The position numbers and the translations under genes are program-made. Of a DNA stretch of 64,000 nt, positions 40,971-55,690 are shown in pieces. The notes beneath the pieces were generated by a model, which worked only from the letters and a program-made list of their open reading frames with translations, was not told where the DNA came from and searched no databases. Within the stretch, counting starts at the first letter, position 1. Each line of letters opens with the position of its first letter. The DNA is from the human T2T-CHM13v2.0 reference genome, Homo sapiens. The stretch lies in NCBI RefSeq assembly GCF_009914755.1, contig NC_060933.1; one strand, given 5' to 3'.

Positions 40971-42397
40971 TAGCCAAAAAGGTATTATAAATAAAATAAT
41001 TTTTTAATGTTCAAGAAACCCACTGAAAGGCAGGAAAAAGGAAACAAAGAAAAGAGCAAAAAATAAAATGGCATACATATCCCAAACATATTAATAATCA
41101 CATTGAATGTAAATGGACTAAATACACCTATTAAAGGACAGAGATTGGCCAACTTGGTTGAATAGCAAGACCCGATTATATGCTGCCTATAAAAACTTAA
41201 CTAGTATAATGTAGGCAAGTTGAAGGTAAAAGGATGCAAACATCAATAAAACGAAAACAAGAGTTGCCATATTATCATATAAAGTAACTTCAGAACAAAG
41301 AAAATTATGAGACACAGACATTACTTACGATAAAAAGGTCAGTCCACCAAGAAGACATAGCACTACTAAATACACCAGAAAAAGATAGCCTCAAAATATG
41401 TTAAGCAAACACTGATAGAAACAAAAAGAGAAGTACATGGGCAATTATAGTTGAAAATTTCAAAACCTCTCTCTTAACAATTGATAGTAACAACTAGACA
41501 GAAAATCAGCAAGGCTAACAAATAATTCAATAACATCATCAACCAACAGTATCTAATTGACATTTATAGAACCTATCACCTTCAAACAAGAAAATATACA
41601 TGATTGTCAAGTGCCTATGGCACATATCCTAAAATAGGCCACATCCTGGGCCATAAAATAAACCTCAACAAATTTAAAATTATTGAAATCAGATTGTGTT
41701 CTCTGACCATAATGGAACCAAACTAGAAATTAATAACAGAAAGATAATAAGATGATCTTTGATTATTAATACTTGGAACTAAACAATATAATTCTAAATA
41801 AGAAATGGACCAGTAAGAAGTCTCAAGAGAAATTTAAAAATACGTTTTACTGAATGCAAATAAGAATGCAACATGTCAAAATCTGTGGGACACATCTAAA
41901 GCAGTGCTGAAAATGAAATTTTTATCACTGAACAAGCTTCCATTTGCAAAAAGGAAGACTCAAATCAGTGGTCAAAGCTCCCGTCTCAAGAACATAAGGT
42001 GGAAAAAAGAGCAAAATAAACCCAAAGCAAGCAGAAAGAAGGAAATATTAAAAGTCAAAACAGAAATTATGAGATTCAAAACAGAAAAACAATAGAGACA
42101 GTGAAACAAAGAGCTGGTGCTTTGAAAAGAGCAATAAAATTAATAAACCTTTCACAAGATTAACAGTGGAAAAAAAAAGACAAATTACCAATATCAGAAG
42201 TCATTACAGGCCTGAAGGCGTCAAAGTAATAACAAGAGAATGCTAGAAATAGCTGTACGCTCATAAATTTGACAACTTAGATAAATGGATCTACTTTTGT
42301 GAAAAACACAAACTACCATAACTCACCTAATATGAAATAATTTAGATAATCTTATAATTATTAAGGAAAATTGAATTTATAATTTTAAAAACTACCA

Positions 42398-42742
<345 letters not shown>

Positions 42743-43559
42743 TCACTGGAGAATTCTAATATTTAAAGAAGTATTAATACTAATTTTATGCAATCTCTTT
42801 TAGAAAATAGAAAAGGGAATATATCCCCATTCATTTTATAAAACTAGTAGTGTCCCAATACCAAAACCAGACAAACATAGTACCAAAAAAATAGGCTAAT
42901 ATTCCTAATAAGTATAGATGCAAATATATGTGTGTGTGTGTATCATTTATTTATAAACACACTATGAGCAGCTGAAATTATTCCAGAGAGTGTAAGGCTG
43001 TCTCAGTACTCAAAAACTAGTCAGTGTAATCCACTGTATTAACAGGCTAAAAAAAAAAAAACAACAACAACCATAATCGCATCAATCAAATCAGATAAGA
43101 ATTTGACAAAATTCCACACTTATTCATGATTAAAAAAAAAAAACCTTCAGCAAACTAGCAATAAAGGGGAACGTTCTTGAATTGAAAAAGAGCATCTACA
43201 AAAACTTAAAATTAACATTATGTTTAATGTCAAAAGACTGACATTTTATTCTAAAACTCAGGAACAAGCCAAGGATATTCACTCTCACCACTCTTACTCA
43301 ACATAGTGCTAGAAGCTCTCGCCAGTACGATATGGCAAGAAAAGGAAATAAAAGTTACATAGAGTGAAAGGAAAAAATAAAACCATCTATATTTTCAGAT
43401 GACATGATTGTGTAGGAAGTTACAAGGAATCTCTATCCCCTCAAAATCTTTCTAGAACTAACAAATGAGTTAATAAAGTCACAGGATGTAAAATACACAT
43501 AGAAAAATCAATTCCAGAATGTGCTGGGATTACAGGCATAAACCACCTCACCCAACATG

Positions 43560-44139
43560 TTTCCCTTTTTTATCATTCATATTTTCACTGGAGTAGCACT
43601 TTAATTTCCTTAAAGAGCTTTTCCTTTGAATTTACAACTTGACTGAGCTTAATCATTTGTAGCTTTTGATTTAGAGTAAGAGATGTGCAACTCTTCTTTT
43701 CCCTTGAACACTTAGAGGCCATTGTGGGGCTATTGAATTTTGACCTAATTTCAATATTGTTGTCTCTAAAGGAATAGGGATGCCTAAGGAGCAGGAGATG
43801 GGGAAATGACCAGTCAGTGAAGCAGTCAGAACATACACAACATTTATCGACTAAGTTTAATGTCTTACATGGGTGTGGTTTATGGTGCCCCAAAACAATT
43901 ACAGTTGTAACCTGGAAGATCACTAATCACAGATCACTATGCCACATATAATAATGAGAAACTTTCCAATATTGCAAGAATTACCAAAATGTGACACAGA
44001 AACACTAACTGAGCACACGCGTTTGGAAAAATGGTACCAATACTTGCTCAATGTAGAGTTGCCACAAACTTTCAACTTGTTAAAAAAAAAAAAAACAAAA
44101 CTCAGTATCTGCAAAGCACAATAAAATGAGGTGTGCCTG
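43560..44139 (-). mobile_element. Tigger1 5' remnant nested in the old L1
   Basis: 5' TIR rc aaaatgaggtgtgcctg ending at 44139; MASKCSREKKSCTSLTLNQKLQMIKLS peptide. Confidence 0.9.
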
Positions 44140-45141
44140 CCTATGGAGGAAAGGTCCTTTTCAATAAATGGTACTGGAGCAATTGGACACAAAGACATAC
44201 AAACAAAATATTAATCTTGAGTCTCATATATTATACAACAATTAACTTAAGAATGAGTCACAGATTTAAATGTAAAGCATAAAACTACAAAACTTTTAGA
44301 AAAACAGGAGAATCTTCAGGGTCTAGGACTAGGCAAAAAGTATTTAAATATGACACCAAATGCATAATCCATAAAAGATGAAATTGATAAGCTGAGCTTT
44401 ATTAAAATTAAAAACTTCTGTTCTATGAAAGATCCTAAGATGATGAACAGACAAGCTATGAAGTGGGAGAAAATGTTTGCATGAAATCTGACAAAGGACT
44501 AGTATCTAGAATATTCAAAACTTGACAGTAAAGAAAAAAATTTAATTAGAAAATTGGCAAGATAGATGAAAAGACATTTCACTGAAGAAGATGTACAGAT
44601 GGAAAATAAGCACATGAAAAGGTGTTCAACATGATTAGTCATTAGGGAAATACAAATTAAAACCACATTGAGATACCACTATACACCTATCGGAATGGCT
44701 AAAATAAAAAATGGCGTCAACACCAAATGCTAGCAAGGATGTAGAAAAATACATATTTCTGGTGGAAATGTAAAATGACACAGCCTTTCTGGACAACGTT
44801 GGCAGTTTCTTTAAAAATGAAACCTATAACTACCATATGACCCAGCAATTGTACTCCTTGGCATTTCTCCCAGAGAAATGAAGACTTATGTTGACACAAA
44901 AATCTGTCCATGAATGTTTATAGCAGCTTTATATTCATAATAACCCAAAACTAGAAATAACCCTCCTGTCCTTCAATGGGTAAATGGTTAAATAATCTGT
45001 GGTATATTCATATCATGGAAAACTACTCAGAAATTAAAGGAATGAACTACTGATACATGCTACAACCTGGATGAATATCCAGAGAATTACACTGAGTGAA
45101 AAAAGTCAACTTGAAAAGTTACATGCTGTATGAACATTCTT

Positions 45142-45351
45142 TTTTTATATATACTTTAAGGTTTAGGGTACATGTGCACAACGTGCAGGTTTGTTACATA
45201 TGCATACATGTGCCATGTTGGTGTGCTGCACCCATTAACTCATCATTTAACATTAGGTATATCTCCTAATGCTATCCCTCCCCCCTCCCCCGACCCCACA
45301 ACAGGCCCTGGTGTGTGATGTTCCCCTTCCTGTGTCCATGTGTTCTCATTG
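45142..45351 (-). mobile_element. Primate L1PA 3' end (~210 bp, 5'-truncated)
   Basis: tatactttaagg...gtacatgtgcacaacgtgcaggtttgttacata; perfect 14-bp TSD gtatgaacattctt at 45128-45141 and 45352-45365. Confidence 0.95.
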
Positions 45352-46334
45352 GTATGAACATTCTTGAAATGACAAAATTATAGAAATGGAGAATAGATTA
45401 GTGGTTGCTAAGAGTCAGGGACAAGGGAGGAAGGTGTGTGTCTACAAAGGGGCAATATGAGGGGTCTTTGTGGTGGTGGAAATGTTCTGTATCTTAAATG
45501 TGTCAATGTCAATATCCTGGTTGTGATACTGTACTAGAGTTTTGCAAGAAGTTGCCATTGGAGGAAATGAAATAAAAGGTACATGGAATCTTTCTGCACT
45601 ATTTCTTGCAATTGCAGATGGCCCCAATTTTATCAAAATCAAAAGTTTAATTTTAGAAATGAAGCTGAAGAATTCCTCCAACCCAACTCAATAATTTCAC
45701 AGTTGAAGAAACCAAGGCTCTGAAGGGGTCAGGACTGAAATCAGTTCTTCGGCCACCCATTGACCAAGTTTTATGCAGAAGTGGTCAACTCTTTCTAGTG
45801 CTTTGGCTTGGTCAGCCAATTGCTGGAATGAAACGACCTGAACCCACTAAGTGCCTGTCACTGTATCTTCACAATGGCTTTCCCTTGCACTTAGGCTTCC
45901 AAAGAAAAGGATGGTTAAACAGAATCCTGAGGGACTATGAAGTATGTTCTGAAAAAGACTCTAATGAACAGAGTAATAAGGTGCTCGGGACAGAAGATGG
46001 ATGAGAAGAAGCATGGTTCTAAAGAGGTAAATCCAAATACAAAGGAAAAAAATAGAGGAAAATAACAGGAACTCTTTGGAGGCAATTGCTATATAGCTGA
46101 AAGTTTCAGAAAGCAGTACTTAAATAGTGGGAGGAGGATCATTCAAGTTCCATTTCAGTTTTTTTCACGCAAGAAAGAACTTCTAGTAGACTAGACCAAG
46201 GAAACCACAAATGACTTAGACAGACACTAATGTTTCCAGAGCAAGGAAAACGTCTCAACTTCTTTATTCACTTAGGCAATAAGAGCTCATGGGAAACCAC
46301 CCAATTCAGGGACTACAAAGTTTGGGAGAACTCT

Positions 46335-46355
46335 ATGTGTGCATGCGTGTGTGTG

Positions 46356-46400
<45 letters not shown>
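46335..46400. repeat. (TG)n microsatellite, interrupted
   Basis: Directly visible. Confidence 0.97.
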
Positions 46401-46404
<4 letters not shown>

Positions 46405-47659
46405 CAGAACAGACTCACCTGTCTTGGTAACCTGGTAGATAGAGACTGTGACCCTTCTAAACTCAGTAAACTAATACAGACTAGTGGCACTCAAGAAAGT
46501 GGATAATAGTCTAAAAGCACAGAAGTAGGACCATCTATTAAAAATGGGTGGCAAATTGGCTCAAATCCAGGAAACAGGTGGAGTAGAGAGCAGTCAGAAA
46601 TAAGAAAGTGCTCACCTTATGGATAAGCATTATGGACACTTCAGTCTACCCTATATAAATAACCCATAATAGTGGTGTAATTTCAAAATTGGATACATTT
46701 GCTGACAGCATAATTGGAACAGAGGGGATGGTGCATACTGGCAGAACGGGCCCTCTGGGCCTGAGTCTTTCCCATTGCGCTGGGTCTCAGTTCCCCCTGG
46801 ATCAATGCAAAAATATTTTGTCCTGGGGCAAAATATCAGCTTTTGCTTCAGTAGGAAATGTTTCTAAATTTGAACCTCCTTAAATTATTGTGGAACATGA
46901 AAGACTACAAAATAATAATAAATAGGGAAAGAAAAAGAAAATTCCTTCTAGAAGTTGAGGGCCCAGTGGATTAGGGCTTCCAACAATCATCCCAGGATCC
47001 ATCCAAGAGCAGCAGCAAAGCAGCTCATGCAGCTTCCCCCACTAAGGATGGATCCCACAGTTTCTGGGAGTGAGCACCTGTACTCTACAGATATTGGACA
47101 TGAAGCTTAGAATGGGGTTGAGGTGTGACAGGAAGGTGGGGAGATAGGAGACAGAAAGGCACTGAGAAGAATACGGAGATTCCTCTGTAATGTTGGAGAT
47201 AAAGGTCAAAATTGGAATAACAAGACCTAAATTGGGTTATCAGAGACAGGGAAACACAGCACATCATCAAAAGGCCTTGTTGGCTGAGAAGAAGCAGAGT
47301 GCCAACAGTGGGGGGCCTGGTGGAATACCCAAGCAGATGGAGAAAATCACATTTATAAGGCTGGTACCTGCAGTCGGACTCATTTACAGGGGATAGAAAG
47401 ATACATCCAGAAGGAAGGTGGGACTTGTCACAAAAGACAGACATCCTGGATCTGCTACCTTCTGGCTCTGCAGCACTGGATCATCCATTGACACCCTCTA
47501 AGCCTCAGCTTCCTCTCTGTGAAAGGGCTGCTTCTGGGGATTGCTGTGATAATCAAAGGAGAGGGAAATGGATTGCACATAGTGTAACCTGCTTCTTGCT
47601 ATTTTTTTGAGGAAACATTCATAAGACAAACTGACTCACATCAGGAATACCCAGTCTTC

Positions 47660-47994
<335 letters not shown>

Positions 47995-49629
47995 CTCAGT
48001 GTTCTTTCTGGATGGAATTGTGAGAAAGAATACTTTTGTCTTTGATCTAATTGCATGTGATTTCAACAAATGCTTCTATTTCCAAGTGCCTAGTGGTTTG
48101 GTTTCACAGTGTCTGCCACCCACATAGTAGTGATGTCTATAGTCTTTGTCATTCTTCCATGGACTCCAGCAACGGTGCATGTTGGTGCTGGTGAAGAACC
48201 TTCATTCAGATGTAGAAACAGTGGGTTCTTCATATATACTTGGCATAGTATTAAACTAAAAATTTGAAATTAAAACCACGAGAAAAGTGGTATGCCAATA
48301 TGCTGCTTGTGCAGTTGAGAATAGTTACTGTAGGTGGGATTCAGTTTTGACTCTGAGCTTCCTAGCAGCCAAGGCAAAAAGGTAGTTATATTGGATTATT
48401 TAATGCTCACCATCTGTAAAAAGAAAGCATGCCAATTCTTTAACTGAAATAAATTCTAAAGCAAATAGATTATAATGAACATTGTAATACCTTCAAAAAT
48501 AGTTCTACAGGGAATGCAGAAATGTTTAAGATGAATTTTTTCCACATCTGTGCATAATTCCAAGACTTTTGTCCATTAGGAACATAGTATAATAAAGTCC
48601 AGTAGCTTTTTAGTGATCCAGCTGCACTCAAGGACAGAACTCAGAACATGTTGCAGAATCAGTGAAGCGTATTCCCATAATTAAGCAGTGTCTAATCCTG
48701 ATTGCATGTCAGGAATAGCTATAGAGAGACCTGTGAATCAGAATTTTGGGAGTGAGGCCACTTTCTCTGTTCCCCCTAGAGAGGCTGATGCACATCCTTA
48801 TTTAAGAACAGCTGATAAATTATCTTAGCAAAGGAGTTGAGCAACACACAACTAGAGACCAGATCCTTCCAAAAGATCACAAGCATTTAATGTGGTTTGC
48901 TAACCTTTTAAAAAATTTGAACAAATCTATGGCTTATCCAGATAATTTGAAAATGGACTTGCCTGCATTTGATGAGTCTTGCCACCCTTTCTTTCCATGG
49001 TCTCTCAAGCAGGAGATGGGGTGTTTGGGCAGTTCAACACTTGGACATTTTGGCTTTGGAAAGGCCATGTTCTTTTATGCCTCAAGTAGTTAACTTATGC
49101 TACTACCCCTGTCTGATACCCTCTTTCCCTGCTCACCCCAGCCCACCCATCCTCATCCCTCACCTTGCTAACCCCTACTTATCCTGTGACCCCACTTAAA
49201 TGTCATCCCATGCAGGAAGCCTCCCCAAGGACACACACTTGAACAAGGTCTTTCTCCCAGCACCTCCTTCTTGACCCTCCCTAGGACTAGTAACTTCCTG
49301 TTCAATAGTGTCTTCTCCACTCTCCCATAAGGGCCGATACTATTTGGTCTTCTTTACCTTGTATCTCTGGTACTCAGCATAGAGCCTGGTGTATGATAAA
49401 TGTCTAATACATATTTGTCAAATGAATGTAAAAATATATGGCCTGCCATATTGTATACATGAGGAAACTGAGGATCAGAGAGGCAATCACCGAAAGTTCA
49501 ACTGAATGTCAGTTGCAGAACTGGCCTACAGGAATAATGAATGTGATAAAAATGTACTGATCCTTTAGTAAGTTTCTGGCACTTTGCTGCATACTACTCA
49601 TCCATTATCTAGGTGAGTTGTTACCAGAT

Positions 49630-50485
49630 GACTATCGAGTCATTCCTAAAGCCAGGTACCATCTTGAATTCTCTCCCACATCCCCTCATCTAATCCCCCA
49701 TCATGTTCTGCCAGCTTTTCCCACAGAATACATCCCATATCTGACCTCTTTCGCTCCACTATAGTCTAAGCCACTGCCATTGTTTTCCTTGACTACTGCA
49801 ATGCCACAGATGATCTCCCTGCTTCTACTCTTACCCCCCGCCCCAGTTATTTTCCCTACTAGCAGCCTGACAGATATTTTACAAATACGAATCAGGTCAT
49901 GTTGCTCTTCTGCTTAAAAACCTCCAATGGCTTTCTACCACACTGCAGTGACTTGCATACTTCTGACCATGCCTTGAGGCCAGCAGGATCAGCCTGGCCT
50001 CATTCTCTGACCTCCTCCACCACTTGCCCCACCTCTTGCTTCTCTGCAGCCACACTGGCTGCCTTTCAACTCTGCAGCACTCTGAGCTCATCACACTTGC
50101 TCCTCCTTCGGGGCCTGTGCCCAGGCTGCCCCATCTACCTGAAACCCTCTTTCTACTTCCTCACTGTCCAACTTCGGGTCTTGGCATAGCTGGCTCATTC
50201 TTGTCACTCTTATCTCATTCAAATGTCACTTCTTCAGAAACATCGTCCCTAACCCACCTCAATCCAAAAGAGCCCCCTTAGTCATCAACTTATGCTGCTT
50301 TTCTTTTATAGTACTCACACTATGTAAATTTTTCTTGTGCATTTATTAGCTGCTCTACTTCCTTCACTAGCGATTGACTCCTTGAGTTATTTTCAGCCCC
50401 CAAGACCTCATCTGCCTCATTGTATCCTTCATACCTACAGCATCACTTGCTCCTTCATTATAAATGTTTTTAATTAACAAATAAA
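49630..50485 (+). mobile_element. L2 (L2a-like) fragment
   Basis: aagccactgccat...gactactgcaat...atcaggtcatgttgctcttctgcttaaaaacctccaatggct...cagccacactggc; another L2 3' piece at ~49040-49430. Confidence 0.75.
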
Positions 50486-52639
50486 CACCCATTTTTCAGA
50501 TGAGATAACTGAGGCTCAGAGGAATCAAGTGAGTTGTCCATGATCACATACTTAAGAAATGGCAGAACTGGAATTTGACCACATGCAGCCTTTCTCTGGA
50601 AACTTCACTCATTCCTAAAATTCCAGATTCCCTGTCTTTGAGCCCAGTGCCCAGTTCTCTCCAACATTCCTGATTCCTAGAAGGGGAGGACTGAGGACTG
50701 GGTGGCTTCTTCCTCCCTGACGGCTGAGATCCTCAGACAAACTGGGTTTAAGAAAGTGTCCTCCTCCCCACAGACTGTAGAAGGCAGAGTACCAGGGTTC
50801 CTTCCACTGGCTGCTCCTGTGGCTCATCCTGTATGTGAAGACATTTTGGCAGCCCCCACTGTGACATTATGGGGAGCAGCCCTCACACAACCCTGTTCCT
50901 GGGCCTCAGATGGAATGAAGATTTCCTCCTGCCTAAGAGCCACTGGGGACAGGGTGATGTGCATAAATGAGACGTGACTGTACTTTAAGGAGTGCACAGG
51001 CTCTCTCTACAGCATGCAGGGTCTGAGAGCCTCGAGGTCACCATACAGAGAGGCAACACAGAGTGTGAGCAGGAACACACCTGGGAGGTGAGCTGCAGCA
51101 GGAGGGGCGGAGCATCGCCATCCTGCCATACACTGGGTTTATTAGCTGAGGAAAGTCATTTCCCGGAGCCTCAGCTTACTCATCTGTAAAATAGTGATAG
51201 TAAGCACCAGTGCATAGCCCCCATATGTTTGTTCTCATTATACTCAGATGATGAAGCTGGGTAGGCAAAGGACAGAAAGGCAAGTCATTGCTGAAGAGAC
51301 ATTTGAAGAGAACATGAGGTGGCAGGAGTTTGAATAATATTAATATTACATTCCCTTGCATGGCACTATTGCTTTACAATGTACTTTCACATCTATTTTC
51401 TCCGGGACTCCTCACAGCCCTCCTATATACACGTTGCTATTATCATAATTACCCTCACCTCAAGCATACAATATCCTCAGGAAAGAAGATACTCGGTCTC
51501 AGATATACAGAGTCATGTAGCGAGGGTTAATTGTTAGAAAAAAAAAAAAAAAAACCTCAGATATTTATAGTAAGGTCCGTCTTTGAGTTTGCTTTCTACC
51601 ATTCCAATCCTTGTTAAAGTCTCTGAACATCAGTTTCCTCCTCTTTAAAATGGGGACAATAGTTTCTGCCCTGCCTACCTACCTCCCAGAGCCTTGATCT
51701 TGTAAGTGAAAGACATTAAGATAAACACCACAGTGCTGTGAGGTGATACTGTCACATGTCCCACCGAAGGATACCATTGCTTTCTCATCTCACTTTTTTT
51801 CTGAAGCAGAATTAATCCTCTCTGAAAGTGGTGTTTTCTGCCTACCTTCCAGAATCTGAGAGAAGATTCTAGAATAATCTGGCCTAGTCTACTAGTCTTA
51901 GAGCCATGTGACATAATTGCAACCTTGAGAAGACATGTGAGATATCTGAAGCCTTGCAGCCACACACAGAGGGCCCTGGGCTCCCTGCTGAGTCATCACC
52001 CATGGGTAAGCCTCGTCCACTCTTGGACAATCTCAGAAGACACAGGGTCACAGTCCAGAAAGTATCCAGAAAAGAACAGGCTTGCCACAAAGCCAAAGCA
52101 GCCCATGCCCAGGCTGTCAGAGAAAGACTGAGGTTGCCCACATGAGCTGATTCTGCCCATTCTCAGGCAAAATCGGCCAGTACCACTTCTTGTCCGCCCA
52201 TACCTTGTCTGTGCCTGAGGCTGAAGGTGCCACCTGTGAGCCCAATAGCAGTGTTCTAGGGCGACCCCGGGCCCAGCACACAGTTGCTCCTGACCGCTTC
52301 CCACTGGCAGCCACTGCATGTCTTATGCTGCTCAATTCCCCACTTTTTATTCTGTTTAACGGTGGTGAGAGGAGCCGTGGCCTGCCCTGAGGAGTGTCTG
52401 CAGTGAGAGCAGGCACTGAATTGATTTTCAAGATTAACTGTCATCTCCAGCTGGGAAGCAGCTTGCACAGGAACTGAGCAATCTTCCTGGGTTTTCTCCT
52501 GCTTCAGAAATCACTTTCTCTGCCAGGTGTCTGATAAGGCTGGATTGGTAGGTCCTAGGAGGTCTTTTCCCGGTCACTGAAGGATTAAGTCTTCCAATAT
52601 GTGAACACCAGGAGACACGAAGAGAACTTCTAGTAAGAA

Positions 52640-52845
52640 GGGCTCACCTTGTGGTTGTAAGTTTCATCATCTTTGCTGTGTGAACCTAGGCAAATTGCTT
52701 AACCTCTCTGAAACTTCAGCTCCTCATCTGAAAAACATAGACAATTAACACCTACCTTATTGTGTGCTTGTGAAAATTAAACATAATGTATGTAAAGTGC
52801 CTGGCCTAGAAAAGCATTCCATAAAATGAGTGATGATTATTATTT
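52640..52845 (+). mobile_element. MIR
   Basis: gctgtgtgaacctaggcaaattgcttaacctctctg...ctcctcatctgaaaa...tgtaaagtgcctggc. Confidence 0.75.
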
Positions 52846-53324
52846 AATTCCCACCCTTCCAGTAGCTGACTTCACCCAGAGCTGTTCCTTCAAACTGGGT
52901 TCATATTTTCCACAGAAACTAAATAAATTAATAAGGGAGGCCAAGAGGAAATAAATGAATAAATATTTTATTTGGCTGAGAAAATTTTATCTCATCCATA
53001 GTCCAAGTTCCTGATGGTTTCATACCTTCGTGGTTCTTCTTCATCAACTTACCTGCCCATCTCACCTCTAAATGGTCCCCGCGCCATTCTGGTGTCCAGA
53101 ATAGATGCAGAGATTTAGCTTATCCTGTTTCTTGGACCAGTGCCAAAGCTCCTCCTTATTAATGTTCAACCTGTTCTCTCCTGAAATCTCCTCTGCCTCA
53201 GGAGTGCTTCTTCTGGCATGAGATTACTGGTTCCCATGTTAGTTGCGAGACTGTGAGGTCCATCTGTTGAGATCCAATGAATGACCTTGGTTATTAGCCA
53301 TGCCTGCTTGAAATGTCACAATGT

Positions 53325-53700
<376 letters not shown>

Positions 53701-55194
53701 CTAAAACAGGATCACGCTGGATGCTTGTTAAAGATGCAGAGTCCTGGGCTGTACTCATACCACTGAATAGCTAAAGGAAGTAAGGAAAATGATATGATTC
53801 TACCCAAGCCGAATCTCTAAGGGTAAGGCTAGGAGTCTGCCTGTGTAGGAAACCCCCAACTCATTATTGTGCTGATGAAAAGTTGAGAAGCACTCCAAGA
53901 AAGTAACAGAAAGACTCTTAAAATTGCATAGTCCTCCCTCTGCTTTTATCCATGGAGAGGAGTGTGTAAACATCTGAGTGAGGCAATCCACCATACAGAA
54001 GCATTTGCTATCTGTGAAAGGCCCACGTGTTCAAGAAATTGTAATGAGAAATCTTAGGGCAAAAGACAAGTTCCATATTCAGTTCATCTGTATATCATTT
54101 CATGTAGCACAGGGCTGGCCGGCAGATGGTGTGCACTGAATGTTGAGTTTATGTCTACATGTCAACCTCCATCTGATGGGCAAAGCAGGGAGAAGCATTT
54201 GATTTTTACTTGAATGTTGCCAAAATGAATTTAGTTTTATAATATTACAGATTACTTGATATCCATGGAGAAAGGTTTTATGTATACATACATACACATT
54301 TGGCCAGCATAAAGAAAGGACGTGCTCTCTCAGACTTATGGTGAAAAGGAAAAAAAGAAAATAATATTGAGGGCCAACTATGTGCCTGACAGTTCCGTAT
54401 ATTTTTATACAATTATCTCCTATAATCTTCTCAACTACCTTAGGTAGGTATTTTAGTTCTACCTTCAGATAAACATTGTAGCACAGGGTTTAATCATTTT
54501 CCCTACTTCCCTTAGCTATTCAGTGGCACGGCCCATCTTCAGACTGAATTCTGGCTGAATTAAAAACTGCACCCTTGGTCTTTATCCATGGCTTCCTTCT
54601 TAATGAATGTTTGTGTGGCTCTTCATAGTTAACAGAGTGTGTCTAAGTAAATCAGGGTCTACTAGGGAGTATAAAAGAAATGGACAAATATCTATATTAG
54701 GAGGTTGAACTGGATTTGAAAAGAGAAATGATGTTATGGGAGTTCACAGGAAGTGGCATTTGGGATTGGCCTGGAAAGATTGCTCTAGGGGAGAAAGAAT
54801 GAGAGGGCTTACCCACTGGCAGGGACTCCTCTACCAATAATCCCATAAAGGAGGAAACACCAAGTAATCCAGATTGACTGTAGCAGCAGCTAAGGCCCTG
54901 GCAGGAGAAGGAAGCATGGCCGTATAATATGGCCACTGGACATAATTTTACTTTTCTCCGTCAATACTCTGCAGCCCTCGAAATTGTGGCCATAATACCA
55001 CAACTTGTTTAGGCAGAAAAGGCCAAATGTCAATGATGTAATGGTTGGCAGGAAGTGTCCTACTGTGGGCATGGCTGGCTTTGGAGCTTCAGCTGAGCTA
55101 TAAATCAAGGAGAATTGCAGAAGGAAGTTGAGATGGGACATGAGAACCTGAAGGATGGATGATGAAGAATAGGAGCCTGTAATAAGGGATTTAA

Positions 55195-55690
55195 CAATTT
55201 GAATTCCTTCTGCTGCAAGGAACAGAAAACTCTGAATCAAATGAGTTTAAATTATAAGGAAATCAATGTGTTAACACATACAACAAGAAGTCCATAAGTA
55301 AGGCACTACTAGGCAAGGACTGTGAGGGCTCTGCTTCTCTTATAACCTACAGGTTCTGTGCCCTTCTCTGTGTATTGGCTTCATCCTCAGGTCAGTAGCA
55401 AAACAGCTGCAAGAATTACAGAGGTCACCTCAGAGAGCACATTAACCAGGGGGAACCTGGGACTGTATCCTTCTTGTGCCTTTTATTAGGAAGAAGGAAA
55501 CAATTTCCAAAAGCCCCCCAGCAGACTCCCTCTCATGTTTCATTAGCCTGAAATAGCTCATTCGTCCATGTCTATACCAAGCACAGCAGAAGGAAGGGGT
55601 TCCCATGATTGGCGTATCATCTGGAGTAGAATAGATGCTGGGGACTCAGCTGAATGGCCCCTGCAAGGAGAAAAGGAGGGAGCCCAGGTG
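55195..55690 (-). mobile_element. MaLR LTR (MLT1J/K/L-like)
   Basis: ctgcaaggaacagaaaactc...acataacaagaagtcc...cccccagcagactccc. Confidence 0.5.

Noticed and set aside
48170-48480. Sequence that looks like an ancient repeat relic
   Set aside because: I could not assign a family reliably from memory; needs a Dfam search.
51496-51565. ctcagatat repeated around a short segment with an A17 run (possible micro-retroinsertion)
   Set aside because: Repeat is only 9 bp, there is no TT/AAAA context on the left, and it lies within a decayed MIR.
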